From Lytechinus pictus (taxonomy: Eukaryota): 64,000 nt of DNA. Location of the stretch: positions 15,378,001-15,442,000 of the forward strand of contig NC_087263.1 in assembly GCF_037042905.1 (NCBI RefSeq), given 5' to 3'. Position numbers and translations under genes: made by a program. The notes under the pieces are model-generated. The model had not been told where the DNA came from, did not search any database, and worked only from the letters and a program-made list of their open reading frames with translations. Numbering within the stretch: the stretch's first letter is position 1; each line of letters opens with the position of its first letter. Below are positions 36,601 to 48,725 of this stretch, in pieces.

Positions 36601-39600
36601 TCTTTTTACAGACTCTGGTGACAATCAGAGCCTTGCAGCTCAGATTTTTTTTCCCAAGTCATATTAATGATAACCAGTGCCTTTTAATCCGTGTAAAATA
36701 AATTGATTTCCCTTTATTTGATAACAATCAGTAGTGCTCAGTTCATACATTCTGTATCCAGGAGAACTGTCTGGTTAAACAGCCTTCTCCCCGGCATTCA
36801 AGCCTAGTTACACCAACGAACACGACGGACTGACTTTTGACCGATCAAAGCTATTACGTTATTTCAATTGGCATAGCAGCGATCGATTTGGAGTCCGGTT
36901 ACTTGATGTGACTGTACAACATCGGTCACGTCAAGAAGTGTGTCACGGTTGGAAATGCAAACCCTCGAATCAATACAACTGTCTGGGAGATAAAAGCCTT
37001 GAGCTAGCATCCACAATCTAAAATCATATCCCGTTTCATGATTTCCAAGTCATGAGCTCGACCTCGAGTTCAACCACGAAGCGCACTCCATCGTTGCATC
37101 GAATGTGACGTGCAGACCCGTGTTGAAGGAGGTCGACGGTTATTCAAATTGCTGTCTGCAAATTTACATCGTATGACCTTTATTTTCTCAAGAGTTTCGA
37201 GTGGTCCAGTGATTATAGAAGTGGACGCATGATCGTGAGGTTGAGAGTTCGAATCCCCACTCTCTTTATTAATAATAATGAAAGATAGAATTTAAAAACC
37301 CGAGAGTAATTTCTGTCGTCTGTCATCAGAACTGATTTCATGTAATTTAGACGTAAAATGTTTCCTATATTATGTGATTGGTCAGACTATAACTTGGTAT
37401 TATGAGTTCTAACCAAAGTTTCTTAAAACAGAAAAAAAAAATAAGTGAGAGGTTCACTATTTTTAGCGATTTTTCATGGAACACGTGTACAGGCAATCTG
37501 GCATATCTCGGGAGTCACTGGGTGATTTCAAGTCCGGTGCTTGCCTTGGTGTTGGTGTTGAAATTTGGATTGCTTCCTGTAGCTACAAAACTTTTTCAGA
37601 GTTTGTAAAACTGATCAAGTCACATTATTGACATCTCAACTAGTGAGTGACTTTTCGGGACCATTTTCATTTTACGTTTGGTGTTATAATCGTGTAAAAA
37701 TTGACCTAACACCAACACCAAAAGGTCAACACCGTACTTGAAATCACCCATTGTGGGTCTTCCTTTTCATCCTCCCTTCTTTCCAATTTCCCTTCTTCTT
37801 GCTTCTACTACTACTATTCCTCCTCCCCTTTTCTTCTTCCTCCCCCCCCCCCCTTCTTCTCTTTTGCACCCTTCAAGTGCAACATTGGGAGCCCCTTTTG
37901 GGGTGCAACTTTGCACCTTATAGATGCAATTTTCACCCGTTGAAGATATAATACCGTTCAGCGTGGTGCATAATTTTGTACTTTTTCCTTTATAAGCATG
38001 CTCAGCTGTGCAGGATTGCCCGAATGATGTATCGGGCAAGATATCGAGGCGCTTCGAGGGGGGGGGGGGGGGTCGAGCTGAAAAAGACTTAGACTCTGAA
38101 AAGGGGGGAATTACGAGGGGCTTGAACAATTGCATTCCTATTTCGTCGTCAGAAATGCAAATAAAGGGAAGAGTGTGACATCGAGGTGCTCCAAGGTACA
38201 GACGTTTGAGTCATAAGGGCGAGAAGAGTTATGCTAATTGTCTCTTTGTCTGGGAAGAGGATCTGAGGTTGAGAAATTGATGGATTTTCTCGAAGATGCT
38301 TTCCCCGTTGTTAAGACCGTCACGTGTGTGCAGATGACTCTCACTCAATTTCGACACCGGTTAACATTACAAAGGTCTTAAGCTCAGCGCACTATGTGAC
38401 ACGATGCGACGCGAATTTTTAAAATAAATCTCAATTTGCTTTAAGGGTAATGGTAATACCATAAAATGTGAGCGTCAGAGTCAAACATGTCAAACGTCAA
38501 AGTTCGGCATATTGTAATAAAATCATAATTTTGCTTTTGCGGCAAGACCTGTCAGTGGTCGGAGTAATCTCCAAATCGAAGGCGATGATGACGTCATTAC
38601 GATTTGGAATTTAATTTTCTATTATTCCTACAGCGAGACTCGAACAAGACTGAATTTCGATTTCAGTATATTCCTTCCACTACTTTGAATTCTGATCGCA
38701 TATTTTATTGGTTGGAATGGTAATAACAAAATAATATTATTACATTTTTTTTTGAAATTTTGAAATTGCAGAGACTTTTAAGATATATGTGACTGAAACA
38801 TAATCAAAATGATTTACTTGTGAAATCAGTGCCACGCATGTTTTTTAAGCAAGAAATATTTTTTAAAGATGATATAATGCATTGTACCAATACCAACCAC
38901 TGTCGTATTATCTGTTTCATCTTATTTACTATAATGAATTTGCTATATCTCCATCCCTGATAAATTATTGTAAAGTTCTAGTAAAAATAAACGGCAACAC
39001 GGTGTTGCAGGTTTTCAAAACTCTAATTATACTGAATAGCTAAAAAATTACTACAATGGCCGTCATTTATTTTGTAAAAATACATTAATTCTGTAAGTTC
39101 CCCTCCTATAAAGTATCTAGGTGAATTAGATTTGATTGTGTCTGGAGAATAATATAAGAAGAAAAAGAAATATCATTCATCTCTCTCTCATCTCATTTTT
39201 TATATTCTCCCCTCCCATCCCTTTTTTTTCGGGGGGTGGAGCGGGCCGGAAGGGGATGACATGTACCAGAGCTACGCCACTAACTGCCGAACAAGCTGTC
39301 ATTTTCTTGTAAATGCTGTCAGAAAATAAAATGGTGCGTGCCAAAAAGGAAGTCATCTATCAACTCTCTCTCAGAACCTGGGAATAAAATTTTAAAAAGT
39401 TCATCCGGAAATGTCACTAATTGTTGCCGTGTATTGTTACAAGATACGTTATCATCATGTAATGTGGAACTATGGGCGACGGTCTGGGGGGGGGGGGGCG
39501 GGTACGTGCACCTTACCCTCATATTTCGAGTTTTATACAGCAGGTTATTGGAGAGGGTCGTCCCCCCGCCCTCGATGAACCCCAAAATCTCTCGAAATCG

Positions 39601-39644
39601 TTGCCAGTGTTAGGTATTGTAGTTTTTGTGTCTTTTTGTGAGCC

Positions 39645-39680
<36 letters not shown>

Positions 39681-41845
39681 GGGGGGGGGGGGGGTGATCG
39701 CGGAATGCAAGGATGGGGGCTGGTATAATCCCGAGATGGGGGGGGGGGGGGGGAGGAGGGAATATTGCGGATTTGAGGGGCGGGGCAGTGGTGAAGAGAG
39801 CCAAACCTCATATATGAGGTGATTTGGTATTTTGTCCAAACTCCCCATTCGAGCGAAGAGAGCAAGCGTAATGTCAGAAATGTCGACATTCCTTAGAGAT
39901 TACCTTTCCTCTCTCTAACTTCGAGAAAATGCCCTTTAATTGATTTTGATTCGATTTATTCCTTTCATTTTATTCGTTTTGTATTCAATTAATTCCTTTC
40001 CAATATTTCATTTTATTTATTACTTCATGGTGGGGCGTGGTAAGATTGGTGGAGTTTAAAGGGAAAATGCTGGTTGTTTCCTGTATCATTTTTTCAAAAT
40101 GTGATTTGTTTCAGTATGGGATCACAGACCAGCCGTGACAGGTGCAATGGCCCCAACATTCCTATATAGCTTGCAGACACCCCTTATTTGAAAAAAAAAA
40201 AAAACAGGGACGGGTCCCGTTGAAAGTGCCTTCCGCCAAGTTCGTTGTACCATTTCGATGTATCTATTTTCTTTATTTTAATGATATTAATGACATCCTC
40301 GCTGTCATCGGTCCATCTGAGGCTGGTAGATGGAAAGTTAAGGAAAGGGAATTTCCTCTCCTTCGGGAGCGGATCCTTGGATAAAACCCTCCAGACAATA
40401 GCGTGACTCATCTTGAGGATCAAGGAGGGATTACGACGATCGCGTCGTGTTTCGATCCCCGAGACGTGATCGAATGCAAAGCGCGGGAATTGTGGATCAC
40501 TCCCCAACATAACAGGGAGTAGAGGGAAAAGAAGGGGGTTTCATCTGCATGATGACGAGGAAGATAGGGGGAGAGAGAGAGAGGGGGGGGGGGGGGTGAT
40601 GAGCGAAGGAAGGGAAACGAGACTGAAGAAGATTGAGGGTGGAGACAGGTAGGGGAGAGGGAAAGATAAAAGTCGAGGCGGGAGAGAAGGGGGGGGGGAG
40701 GAGAGAGGAAAATTGACGGAAGGGGTGGAGAGTCCTCGAGATGATGGGGAACGGTTAAGAGACAGAAGAAAGAGGGCGAGAGAGAAAAATTGAGCCAGAA
40801 GGACGAGAGAAAGAAGAAGGAGATGGGGAATGGTAAAGAGACGGAAGAAAGAGAGCGAGGGAGAAAAATTGAGCCAGGAGGAGAGAAAGAAGAAGAAGTG
40901 TGAGAGAGATAATGAAAGCGGATATAAAAGAGAATGAAGATTGGGAAGGGGTGGAGAGGCCTGGAGATGGGGAATGGTAAAGAGACAGAAGAAAGAGGGC
41001 GAGAGAGAAAAATTGAGCCAGAAGGACGAGAGAAAGAAGAAGGAGATGGGGAATGGTAAAGAGACGGAAGAAAGAGGGCGAGGGAGAAAAATTGAGCCAG
41101 ACGGAGGAGAGAAAGGAGAAGAAGTGTGAGAGAGATAATGAAAGCGGATATAAGAGAATGAAGATTGGGAAGGGGTGGAGAGGCCTGGAGATGGGGAATG
41201 GTAAAGAGACAGAAGAAAGAGGGCGAGGGAGAAAAATTGAGCCAGACGGAGGAGAGAAAGAAGAAGAAGTGTGAGAGAGATAATAAAAGCGGATATAAGA
41301 GAATGAAGATTGGGTTAACTGGGTGAAGGGTTAAAAAAAAACAGAGAGTGAGGGAAAGAAAGGGAGAGAGGGGGAAAGGCGACACGGAGAAGAGAGAGAG
41401 AGAGAAAAAGAAGAGAGAGGGAAGAAGAGAAAGAGTGTGTATGTGCATTTTTTATTAGAAAACATGATAGGAAAGAATGAACTGTACAAATCGAATCACT
41501 TTGGATTGAGGCAAATGCATATTAGGTTGCATTCGTCCATGACTTCTCTAAATTAAGTGGGGGACAAGAACTAAAATGAGAATGATTCATTCTTAAAGGT
41601 GAAAACGGTTTGTATTATATTTGAATGTGTAAAAATTAACGGTACTCATATTCTCATAGTCTATCATGATAATTTTTATCACCGTTGTTGTTGTTGTTGT
41701 GGTTATTATTATTATTATTAACATTACTATTATTATTATCAATATTTATATTAGTGTCACTATTATTATTTGTAGTAGTAGTAGTTGTATAGTAGTAGTA
41801 TAGTAGTAGTAGTAGTAGTAGTAGTAGTATAGTAGTAGTAGTAGC

Positions 41846-41877
<32 letters not shown>

Positions 41878-41912
41878 CAGTAGTAGTAGTAGAAGTAGTA
41901 GCAGTAGTAGTA

Positions 41913-41966
<54 letters not shown>

Positions 41967-41997
41967 TAGTAGCAGTGGTAGTAGTAGTAGTAGTAGC

Positions 41998-42032
<35 letters not shown>

Positions 42033-42133
42033 TGGTAATAGTAGTAATAGTAGTAGTAGTGGTGGTAGTGGTAGTAGTAGTAGTAGTAGTAGTGGTAGTA
42101 ATAGTAGTAGTAGTAGTAGTAGAAGTAGTAGTA

Positions 42134-42176
<43 letters not shown>

Positions 42177-42259
42177 CAGTAGTAGTAGTAGTAGTAGTAG
42201 CAGTAGTAGTAGTAGTAGTAGTAGCAGTAGTAGTAGTAGAAGTAGTAGCAGTAGTAGTA

Positions 42260-42311
<52 letters not shown>

Positions 42312-42327
42312 TAGTATAGTAGCAGTG

Positions 42328-42364
<37 letters not shown>

Positions 42365-42448
42365 TGGTAATAGTAGTAATAGTAGTAGTAGTGGTGGTAG
42401 TGGTAGTAGTAGTAGTAGTAGTAGGAGTAGTAGTAGTAGTGGTAGTAA

Positions 42449-42493
<45 letters not shown>

Positions 42494-42504
42494 AAGTAGT
42501 AGTA

Positions 42505-42564
<60 letters not shown>

Positions 42565-42567
42565 TAC

Positions 42568-42610
<43 letters not shown>

Positions 42611-42613
42611 TAC

Positions 42614-42656
<43 letters not shown>

Positions 42657-45600
42657 TAGTAGTAGTATAGTAGTAATATTATCGTTGTTATTACAATATC
42701 ATCATCATCATCATGTGTAGGCAATATTTAGCAATGTTAATAGTGGCAGAAGTACTAGTAGAAATAGAAGGAGTATAAGTAGCGGTTTGTGATTAATAAC
42801 TGTTTTCTTATTATTATCATCAGTTGATTTCTTTATTCTTAACCATCTTTTTCCAGGTAAATTCAAATACATGAACTATGCCACGTTCAACGACACAAAT
42901 CAAGTGGTAATAAAGGACATGACACAACCAACCCCAGAACTACTCCAAGCTTTGGGAGAGAGTCACGGCCCGCCAGGTCTACAAACGAACTATCCAGGTA
43001 ATTCAGGACATATACGTTGCTTAGTTAGCTAGTTAGTTTATATAGTTAGATAGTAATTAATTAAGCAAGTAAGTAAGTAAGTAGGGAAGTAAAGGAAGTA
43101 AGTAGGGAAGTAAAGTAAGTAGGTAAAACGGTAATTACTCCAAACCTTAGGAGAGAGTCATGGCCCGCCAGGTCTACAAACGAACTATCCAGGTAATTCA
43201 GAACCTACGTTACTTAGTCAGCTAGTTAATTAGTTTATATAGTTAAATAGATAGTAATTAGATAATCAAGTAAGTAAGTAAGTAGGGAAGTAAAGTAAGT
43301 AAGTAAGTAAAACGGTAATTACTCCAAACCTTAGGAGAGAGTCATGGCCCGCCAGGTCTACAAACGAACTATCCAGGTAATTCAGAACCCAAGTTACTTA
43401 GTCAGCTAGTTAATTAGTTTATATAGTTAAATAGATAGTAATTAGATAAGCAAGTAAGTAAGTAAGTAGGGAAGTAAAGGAAGTAAGTAGGGAAGTAAAG
43501 TAAGTAAGTAAAACGGTAATTACTCCAAACCTTAGGAGAGAGTCATGGCCCGCCAGGTCTACAAACGAACTATCCAGGTAATTCAGAACCTACGTTACTT
43601 AGTCAGCTAGTTAATTAGTTTATATAGTTAAATAGATAGTAATTAGATAATCAAGTAAGTAAGTAAGTAGGGAAGTAAAGGAAGTAAGTAGGGAAGTAAA
43701 GTAAGTAAGTAAAACGGTAATTACTCCAAACCTTAGGAGAGAGTCACGGCCCGCCAGGTCTACAGACGAACTATCCAGGTAATTCAGTATCTAAGTTACT
43801 TAGACAGCTAGTTAATTCGTTTATATAGTTAGATAGTAATTAGTTAAGCAAGCACGTAATTAGGGAAGTAAAGTAAGTAAGAAAGTAAACGGTAATTTTC
43901 ACGAAAGCTACACGAGATGCAAAGGGAATGGTTTGACGAAACAGGTCATGATCAAACCATCACTGTGTCATTTGTTAGTAAGTTAATAAGTTTATAGTTA
44001 ATGGCAAAATGAAGCTGCTGAAAACTGCTTATCTAATGAAAGAGAGCCAATGGAGTAAATTAGAAAGTCAAAAGGGGCCTAAGCTTTCGATCCTAGCAGA
44101 ATCTTCGTCGGAGGCAAAGTCGGAGGCAAAGTTAGAAAGTTCGGTAATGGATACTGTTTGACGGGATAGCATGACACAACCGAATCCAGAGCTACTTAAA
44201 GCTTTAGGAGAGAGCACAAAATATTCAGGTAATAGGGAATGAGCAGTTCAAAAGTTAAACAGTTAGTTAATGAGGGAGTGAGTGGTTTAGTTTGATAGTT
44301 AAGAAAATATTATAATATTATAAGTATAATTATGTTATGAGCAAAATTAAATAGAACAGTTGGACGGAGAAGGGCATGATATAACTGCCATTGTCCCATT
44401 AGCTTGCTGCTTGTCAGTTATTCAGTTAAAAATATATATAGTTAGTTAATTAGTCAGTTATTTAGGTATTTAGTTGGGCGGAAAAGGGCATGAAGCAACT
44501 ACCATTGTCCCATTAGCTTGCTTGTCAGTTATTCAGTTATAAACTTTATAGATAGTTAATTAATTAGTTAGTTAGTTATTTAGTTAGTTAGTTAGTTAGT
44601 TAGTTTAGTTAGTTAGTCAGTTGGTTAGTTAGATGATACTGTTTTATAGTGTAGAACGACTCGACTGAATTAGCACCAGAGTTACATCAGATATTAGGGA
44701 AGAGACAGATTTGATTTTTTTAAATGTTGAAGTCGATATATTAGTTAAATAGTTAGTAAACTGGTTACAGGATAATGTTTGATGGAACACCATGATGTAT
44801 AGCGTTACGAGAAAGCCGCAGTCCTTTTGGTCTTCAGATAAACTGCCTTGGAATATGATTGTGACGCCATATCCGGATTTGTGCCATTAGTTAGTAAGTC
44901 TGATAGTAAGTAGCTGGTTTGGTGATAATGTTAATTGGAACGGCATATCCCAACTTCCATAATTGTTCTTGCAAGCTAAAGTAGTAAGTCTCAGTCCTTC
45001 TGATTACAGGTAAGTAATATTGGGTAGTTTAATTAAATATTGAGAAAGTAAGTTGGTTATCAAGTTAGCTTCTTATTCACTTGTTGAAGACCATTCATAA
45101 TTGTGCAACGACTCTAGACACTAAATACTATGAAGAAGATAGGGAAGAAGTCTGAAAATGGGAGACAATGTTTTATTATTTTATTTTTCGTTATTTTATC
45201 TGACATTTTCTTATCTTTCAATTAAGTCTCACACCCCTATTTCTAATGTTTTTTAAAATTTGTTTTGAACATGGGGATGTAAGTGCATGCCTCCACGGTC
45301 GAATAATCCGAAACGCTTAACGTCAAGGTCAGGAGGCATCCATGCCTAATCCTTCATTACGCCTCTAAATGTTTGCCTTTAATCACCTACATTAGATAAA
45401 TCCTCTTAGATCGCCCCTCTCTAATTTGAACTCTTTGTCGTCTCGTATCATAGATTAATGCGAGATGAATTATTCAGCGTCTTATTTAGCCCTCGGTTAT
45501 TATGAAGTAAAATCTTAACGAACGAGTCGGGTATTTCCCGGGGGACAATCTCGAAGATACAACGGTACATTATTTTTAGGCCTGGAAGGAGATGGGGGGG

Positions 45601-46734
45601 GGGGGGGGGGGCTCTGGTGCTAGGGTTCCCTATTTCAGGCAGCTTAAGAAGGGCAGCTGGCTCGAGATGTACTACAGTCGTTCTCAAATAAATCTACGAA
45701 CAGCTTTATAGAACGATCTAACTTCTACAAGATAAGGAGCAGCGATCGCAAAAAATATGTCATCAGTCTAATAATTTATGACTCACTGTTCAATTAAAGA
45801 GAAGTACTCGATGAATTTAGCAAATAGAGCATTAAGAATGATCTTTTGATCCCGCTGTCTATGTAATTTGGTCCATGTATCTCATTGTTACCCTCATTTC
45901 TTGTTTCTGATTTATTAGGAGGATACCACGAAGTCATCACGAGCGGAGGAGCCATCGCCCCGGATCTTCCGGCGAATCCGGCATCGTGTTTCCTCATCTC
46001 GGCCTTTAGGGTGAGATTACTTTCTGGGTAGCATCGGATAGGCGGCGCCACAAGGGGAGGGGTGCACAGGCGGGGGAGGGGGCGTCCGCCCCCATGATTT
46101 TCAAGTAGTGGAAGTGGGAAAGGAAAATAAAAAGGGGGGAGAAAGTAGGAAGAAGAGTATGAAAAGGAAAGACCATGAACTTGTAACCCTGATAACAAAT
46201 ATAAGCCTAAGAAGTGAGTAAGAAGTGGAAGGAGGGAAGGATGGAGAGTGTGAAAAAGAGGGGAGGGAGATGGAACTCGCCCAGAAGAAGATAAAGCCAT
46301 CAGTAGCTACCAACTAACGGAGCTGCTGAGTCTCCAATATTCTTATTTTAGAGGAGCGTTCTTGCTTTATTGAAATATAATCTGTGCTTTTATTGTGATT
46401 TCTCCTTATTTAGGCTTCATCAGACATCGACTCACTCGACGTCGAGAAGGAGATCGATCTCCTAACAGGGCTCGACATCGCCAAGAACGCGTCATCGTCC
46501 AGCGGCAAATTCCAAGTCGGTCCATGGGCCCTCTACAAGCGATTCACGCCTGCCATCCCGTTCCAGCCCTTCGACTTGGTCTTCCGCCTCGAGCTCCAGG
46601 GCCTTGACTCGGACCTAGAACCAGCCAAGAAGCTAGTCCAGGAACTCAACAAGGCCCCGACGGTAGAAGGAGTCGAGCGCTCCTGCACGGAATTATATCA
46701 AATCCAAGCAAAAGATGTCGTCGTGCACGAATGA
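27504..46734 (+). CDS. Uncharacterised ABM-like (dimeric alpha+beta barrel) protein; join(27504..27669,42857..42997,45919..46010,46414..46734), 239 aa
   Basis: Four GC-richer exons with canonical splice sites join in frame (phases 1,1,0; 720 nt). Translation: MSGNNNYAVVINFYEKVDPPPNFKDFVEGWHNLGKFVRKLEYFVATQLHRNVDSNGKFKYMNYATFNDTNQ...NYPGGYHEVITS...CFLISAFR...WALYKRF...FDLVFRLEL...ELYQIQAKDVVVHE*. The ABM assignment is by motif memory. Confidence 0.8.
30297..30568 (+). mobile_element. tRNA-derived SINE with L2-like tail
   Basis: B box GGTTCGAATCC, CAACCCAGGTGAGGTAAATGGGTACC core, GCGCCTTGAGCACC tail, (ATT)n. Confidence 0.85.
30626..30782. mobile_element. Short MITE; related segments at 32360-32645 and 55860-56020
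   Basis: GGGGCGTTT...AAACGCTCCC ends; shared TGTCAGATCTGACA and GTTACCATAG core. Confidence 0.6.
31243..31524 (-). mobile_element. tRNA-derived SINE (same family as 11617-11880)
   Basis: Minus strand GGTGTTGTGGCTC head, GGTTCGAATCC, AAATGGGTACC core, ATAAATGTTGCATATTA tail. Confidence 0.8.
31902..32101. mobile_element. TAG...CTA-ended dispersed element (Academ-like termini); inverted partial copy at 51793-51941
   Basis: TAGTCTGC / GCAGACTA ends; ~150 bp shared with 51793-51941. Confidence 0.55.
33213..33537. mobile_element. MITE
   Basis: TIR CATAGTTCCC.CTGTCACGA and inner GAAACGGTGGTCTTACTCGTGGAGTAA inverted pair. Confidence 0.7.
34959..35111. mobile_element. Short palindromic MITE
   Basis: AAGTTACCATT.TGGTAACTTTGCCATCCAATGG present in inverted orientation at both ends. 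Confidence 0.6.
35450..35665. mobile_element. MITE with CCGAAT/ATTCGG internal repeats
   Basis: AGGGTTACACC / GGTGTGCAACCCT ends. Confidence 0.55.
35704..36130. mobile_element. Foldback element of short GTCTA/TAGAC modules
   Basis: TGCCAACTCGTC / GACGAGTTGGCA inverted pair; repeated modules flip orientation at the centre. Confidence 0.55.
40560..41440. repeat. GA-rich low-complexity region with internal ~70-bp and ~240-bp duplications
   Basis: GGAGATGGGGAATGGTAAAGAGAC and AAAAATTGAGCCAG recur 4-5 times. Confidence 0.85.
41680..42715. repeat. (AGT)n microsatellite, ~0.9 kb, with flanking triplet repeats
   Basis: Directly visible. Confidence 0.95.
42857..42997 (+). CDS. ABM-like gene exon 2 (GKFKYMNYATF...TNYP)
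   Basis: tttttccag| acceptor, CAG|GTAATT donor, phase 1-1. Confidence 0.8.
42940..43900 (+). repeat. Tandem repeat (~184-201-bp unit) comprising the exon 2 3' end, donor site and intron start
   Basis: GGAGAGAGTCA(C/T)GGCCCGCCAGGTCTACA.ACGAACTATCCAGGTAATTCAG occurs 5 times. Confidence 0.92.
45919..46010 (+). CDS. ABM-like gene exon 3 (GGYHEVITS...LISAFR)
   Basis: ttattag| acceptor, AGG|GTGAGA donor; supplies the phase 1 to 0 change needed. Confidence 0.78.
46414..46734 (+). CDS. ABM-like gene last coding exon (ASSDIDSLDV...VVHE*)
   Basis: Polypyrimidine tract + tag| acceptor; 107 codons rich in third-position C/G, ending TGA 46732-46734. Confidence 0.8.
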   Translation, partial: ASSDIDSLDVEKEIDLLTGLDIAKNASSSSGKFQVGPWALYKRFTPAIPFQPFDLVFRLELQGLDSDLEPAKKLVQELNKAPTVEGVERSCTELYQIQAKDVVVHE

Positions 46735-47169
46735 AAATATAGAGCGCCAGCTTGTGCTGTATAACAGTACAGGTTTTGCGCCGACGAATCGCAGTGTTAT
46801 TGAGCGCTCCAACATATAGATAATGATCATAATTATATGCTTTGTACGATGCTGGTTGCACGCGAGAAAACCTACAGTGAAAATTCTATTTGCAGCGAAT
46901 TTCAAAAGCGGTAAAGTGAAAAAAATGAGATGTGCAACGTAATATAGGCCTATGATGAATATAGTGATGATTCAATTATTGTTCGTGTATATAATAATTG
47001 CCATAAAAATACTTGTTGATACGAATTTGTTGTTGAAATTTGTTAATATTGCTGCAATGTGATAAATGCATACATAATTAAACGTTTTTTCTTAGAAAAA
47101 GGTATAAAATTAAAAAGGTAGGCGTATACTATAAAACGTTGTTTTCCAAAATGCCCCCCCTGCTTGAAA

Positions 47170-48725
47170 CACAGTGTTACATAGTGTGTTCACAGTGTTT
47201 TTGGAGTATGTTCATACTGTGTTCAATCTGTGTTCACAGTATGCTCACAGTGTGTTCACAAAGTGTTCATAGTGTTTTCAAAGAGTGTTCATAGTGTGTT
47301 CACAATGTGCTCATAGTGTGTTCATAGCATACCCATGGTGTGTTCACAGTGTGTTCATAGTGTGTTCACAGTGTGTTCATAGTGTGCTCATAATTTGTTC
47401 ACAGTGTGTTCAAAGTGTGTTCAATGTGTGTTCACAGTGTGTTCATAGTGTGTTCACAATGTGTTCAATGTGTGTTCACAGAGTACCATGGTGTGTTCAC
47501 AGTGCGTTCACAATGTGCTCATAGTTTGTTCACAGAGTGTTCATAGTATGTTCACAGTGTGCCTATAGTGTGTTCAATGTGTGTTCATAGTGTGTTCACA
47601 GCGTACTCATAGTGTGTTCACAGTTGGTTCATAGTGTGTTCATACTGTGCTCACAGTGTGTTCACAGTGTGTTCATAGTGTGTTCATACTGTGCTCACAG
47701 TGTGTTCACAGAGTGTTCATAGTGTGTTCATACTGTGCTCACAGTGTGTTCACAGAGTGTTCATAGTGTGTTCACAATGTGCTCATAATGTGTTCACACT
47801 GTGCTCACAGAGTGTTCATGGTGTGTTCACCGAGTGTTCATGGTGTGTTCATAGTGTGTTCAATGTGTTTACTCAGTTTGTTCACAGTGTGTGCATAGTA
47901 TGTTCTCGGTGTGTTCATGGTGTGTTCATAGTGTGTACACAGTGTATTCATGTGTGTTCACAGTGTATGCATAGTGTGTTCACAGTGTGTTCATAGTGTG
48001 TTCATAGTGTGTTCATACTGTGCTCACAGTGTGTTCACAGAGTGTTCATAGTGTGTTCATACTGTGCTCACAGTGTGTTCACAGAGTGTTCATAGTGTGT
48101 TCACAATGTGCTCATAATGTGTTCACACTGTGCTCACAGAGTGTTCATGGTGTGTTCACCGAGTGTTCATGGTGTGTTCATAGTGTGTTCAATGTGTTTA
48201 CTCAGTTTGTTCACAGTGTGTGCATAGTATGTTCTCGGTGTGTTCATGGTGTGTTCATAGTGTGTACACAGTGTATTCATGTGTGTTCACAGTGTATGCA
48301 TAGTGTGTTCACAGTGTGTTCATAGTGTGTTCAAAGTGTGTTCATAGTGTGTTCACAGTGTGTTCACAGAGTGTTCACAGTGTGTTCATACTGTGCTCAC
48401 AGTGTGTTCATAGTGTGTTTTCAGTGTGTTCATCATGTGTTTACAGTGTGTTCACAGAGTGTTCACAGTGTGTTCATAGTGTGTTCACAGAGACTTCATA
48501 GTGTGTTCACAGTGTATTTACAGTGTGCTCATGGTGTGTTCACAGAATGCTGTTCCTAATGTGTTCATAGTGTGTTCACAGCGTGTTCATAGTGTGTTCA
48601 CAGTGTGTTCACGATGTGCTCATTGTGTGTTCACAGCGTACTCATGGTGTGTTCATAGTGTGTTCATAGTGTGTTCATGGTGTGTTCACGATGTGCTCAT
48701 GAAGATTTTCACGATGTGTTCACGT
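47170..48725. repeat. 11-bp minisatellite (CA(C/T)AGTGTGTT)n
   Basis: Directly visible; includes a 329-bp-offset duplication. Confidence 0.95.

Noticed and set aside
40420..41448. 342-aa hydrophobic ORF
   Set aside because: Reverse complement of a GA-rich low-complexity repeat.
41654..42724. 356-aa poly-T/Y/L ORF and poly-V ORFs
   Set aside because: Translations of the (AGT)n microsatellite.
46395..46607. 70-aa Arg-rich ORF as exon 4
   Set aside because: Wrong frame; the phase-0 frame from 46414 fits the splice phase and runs 107 codons.
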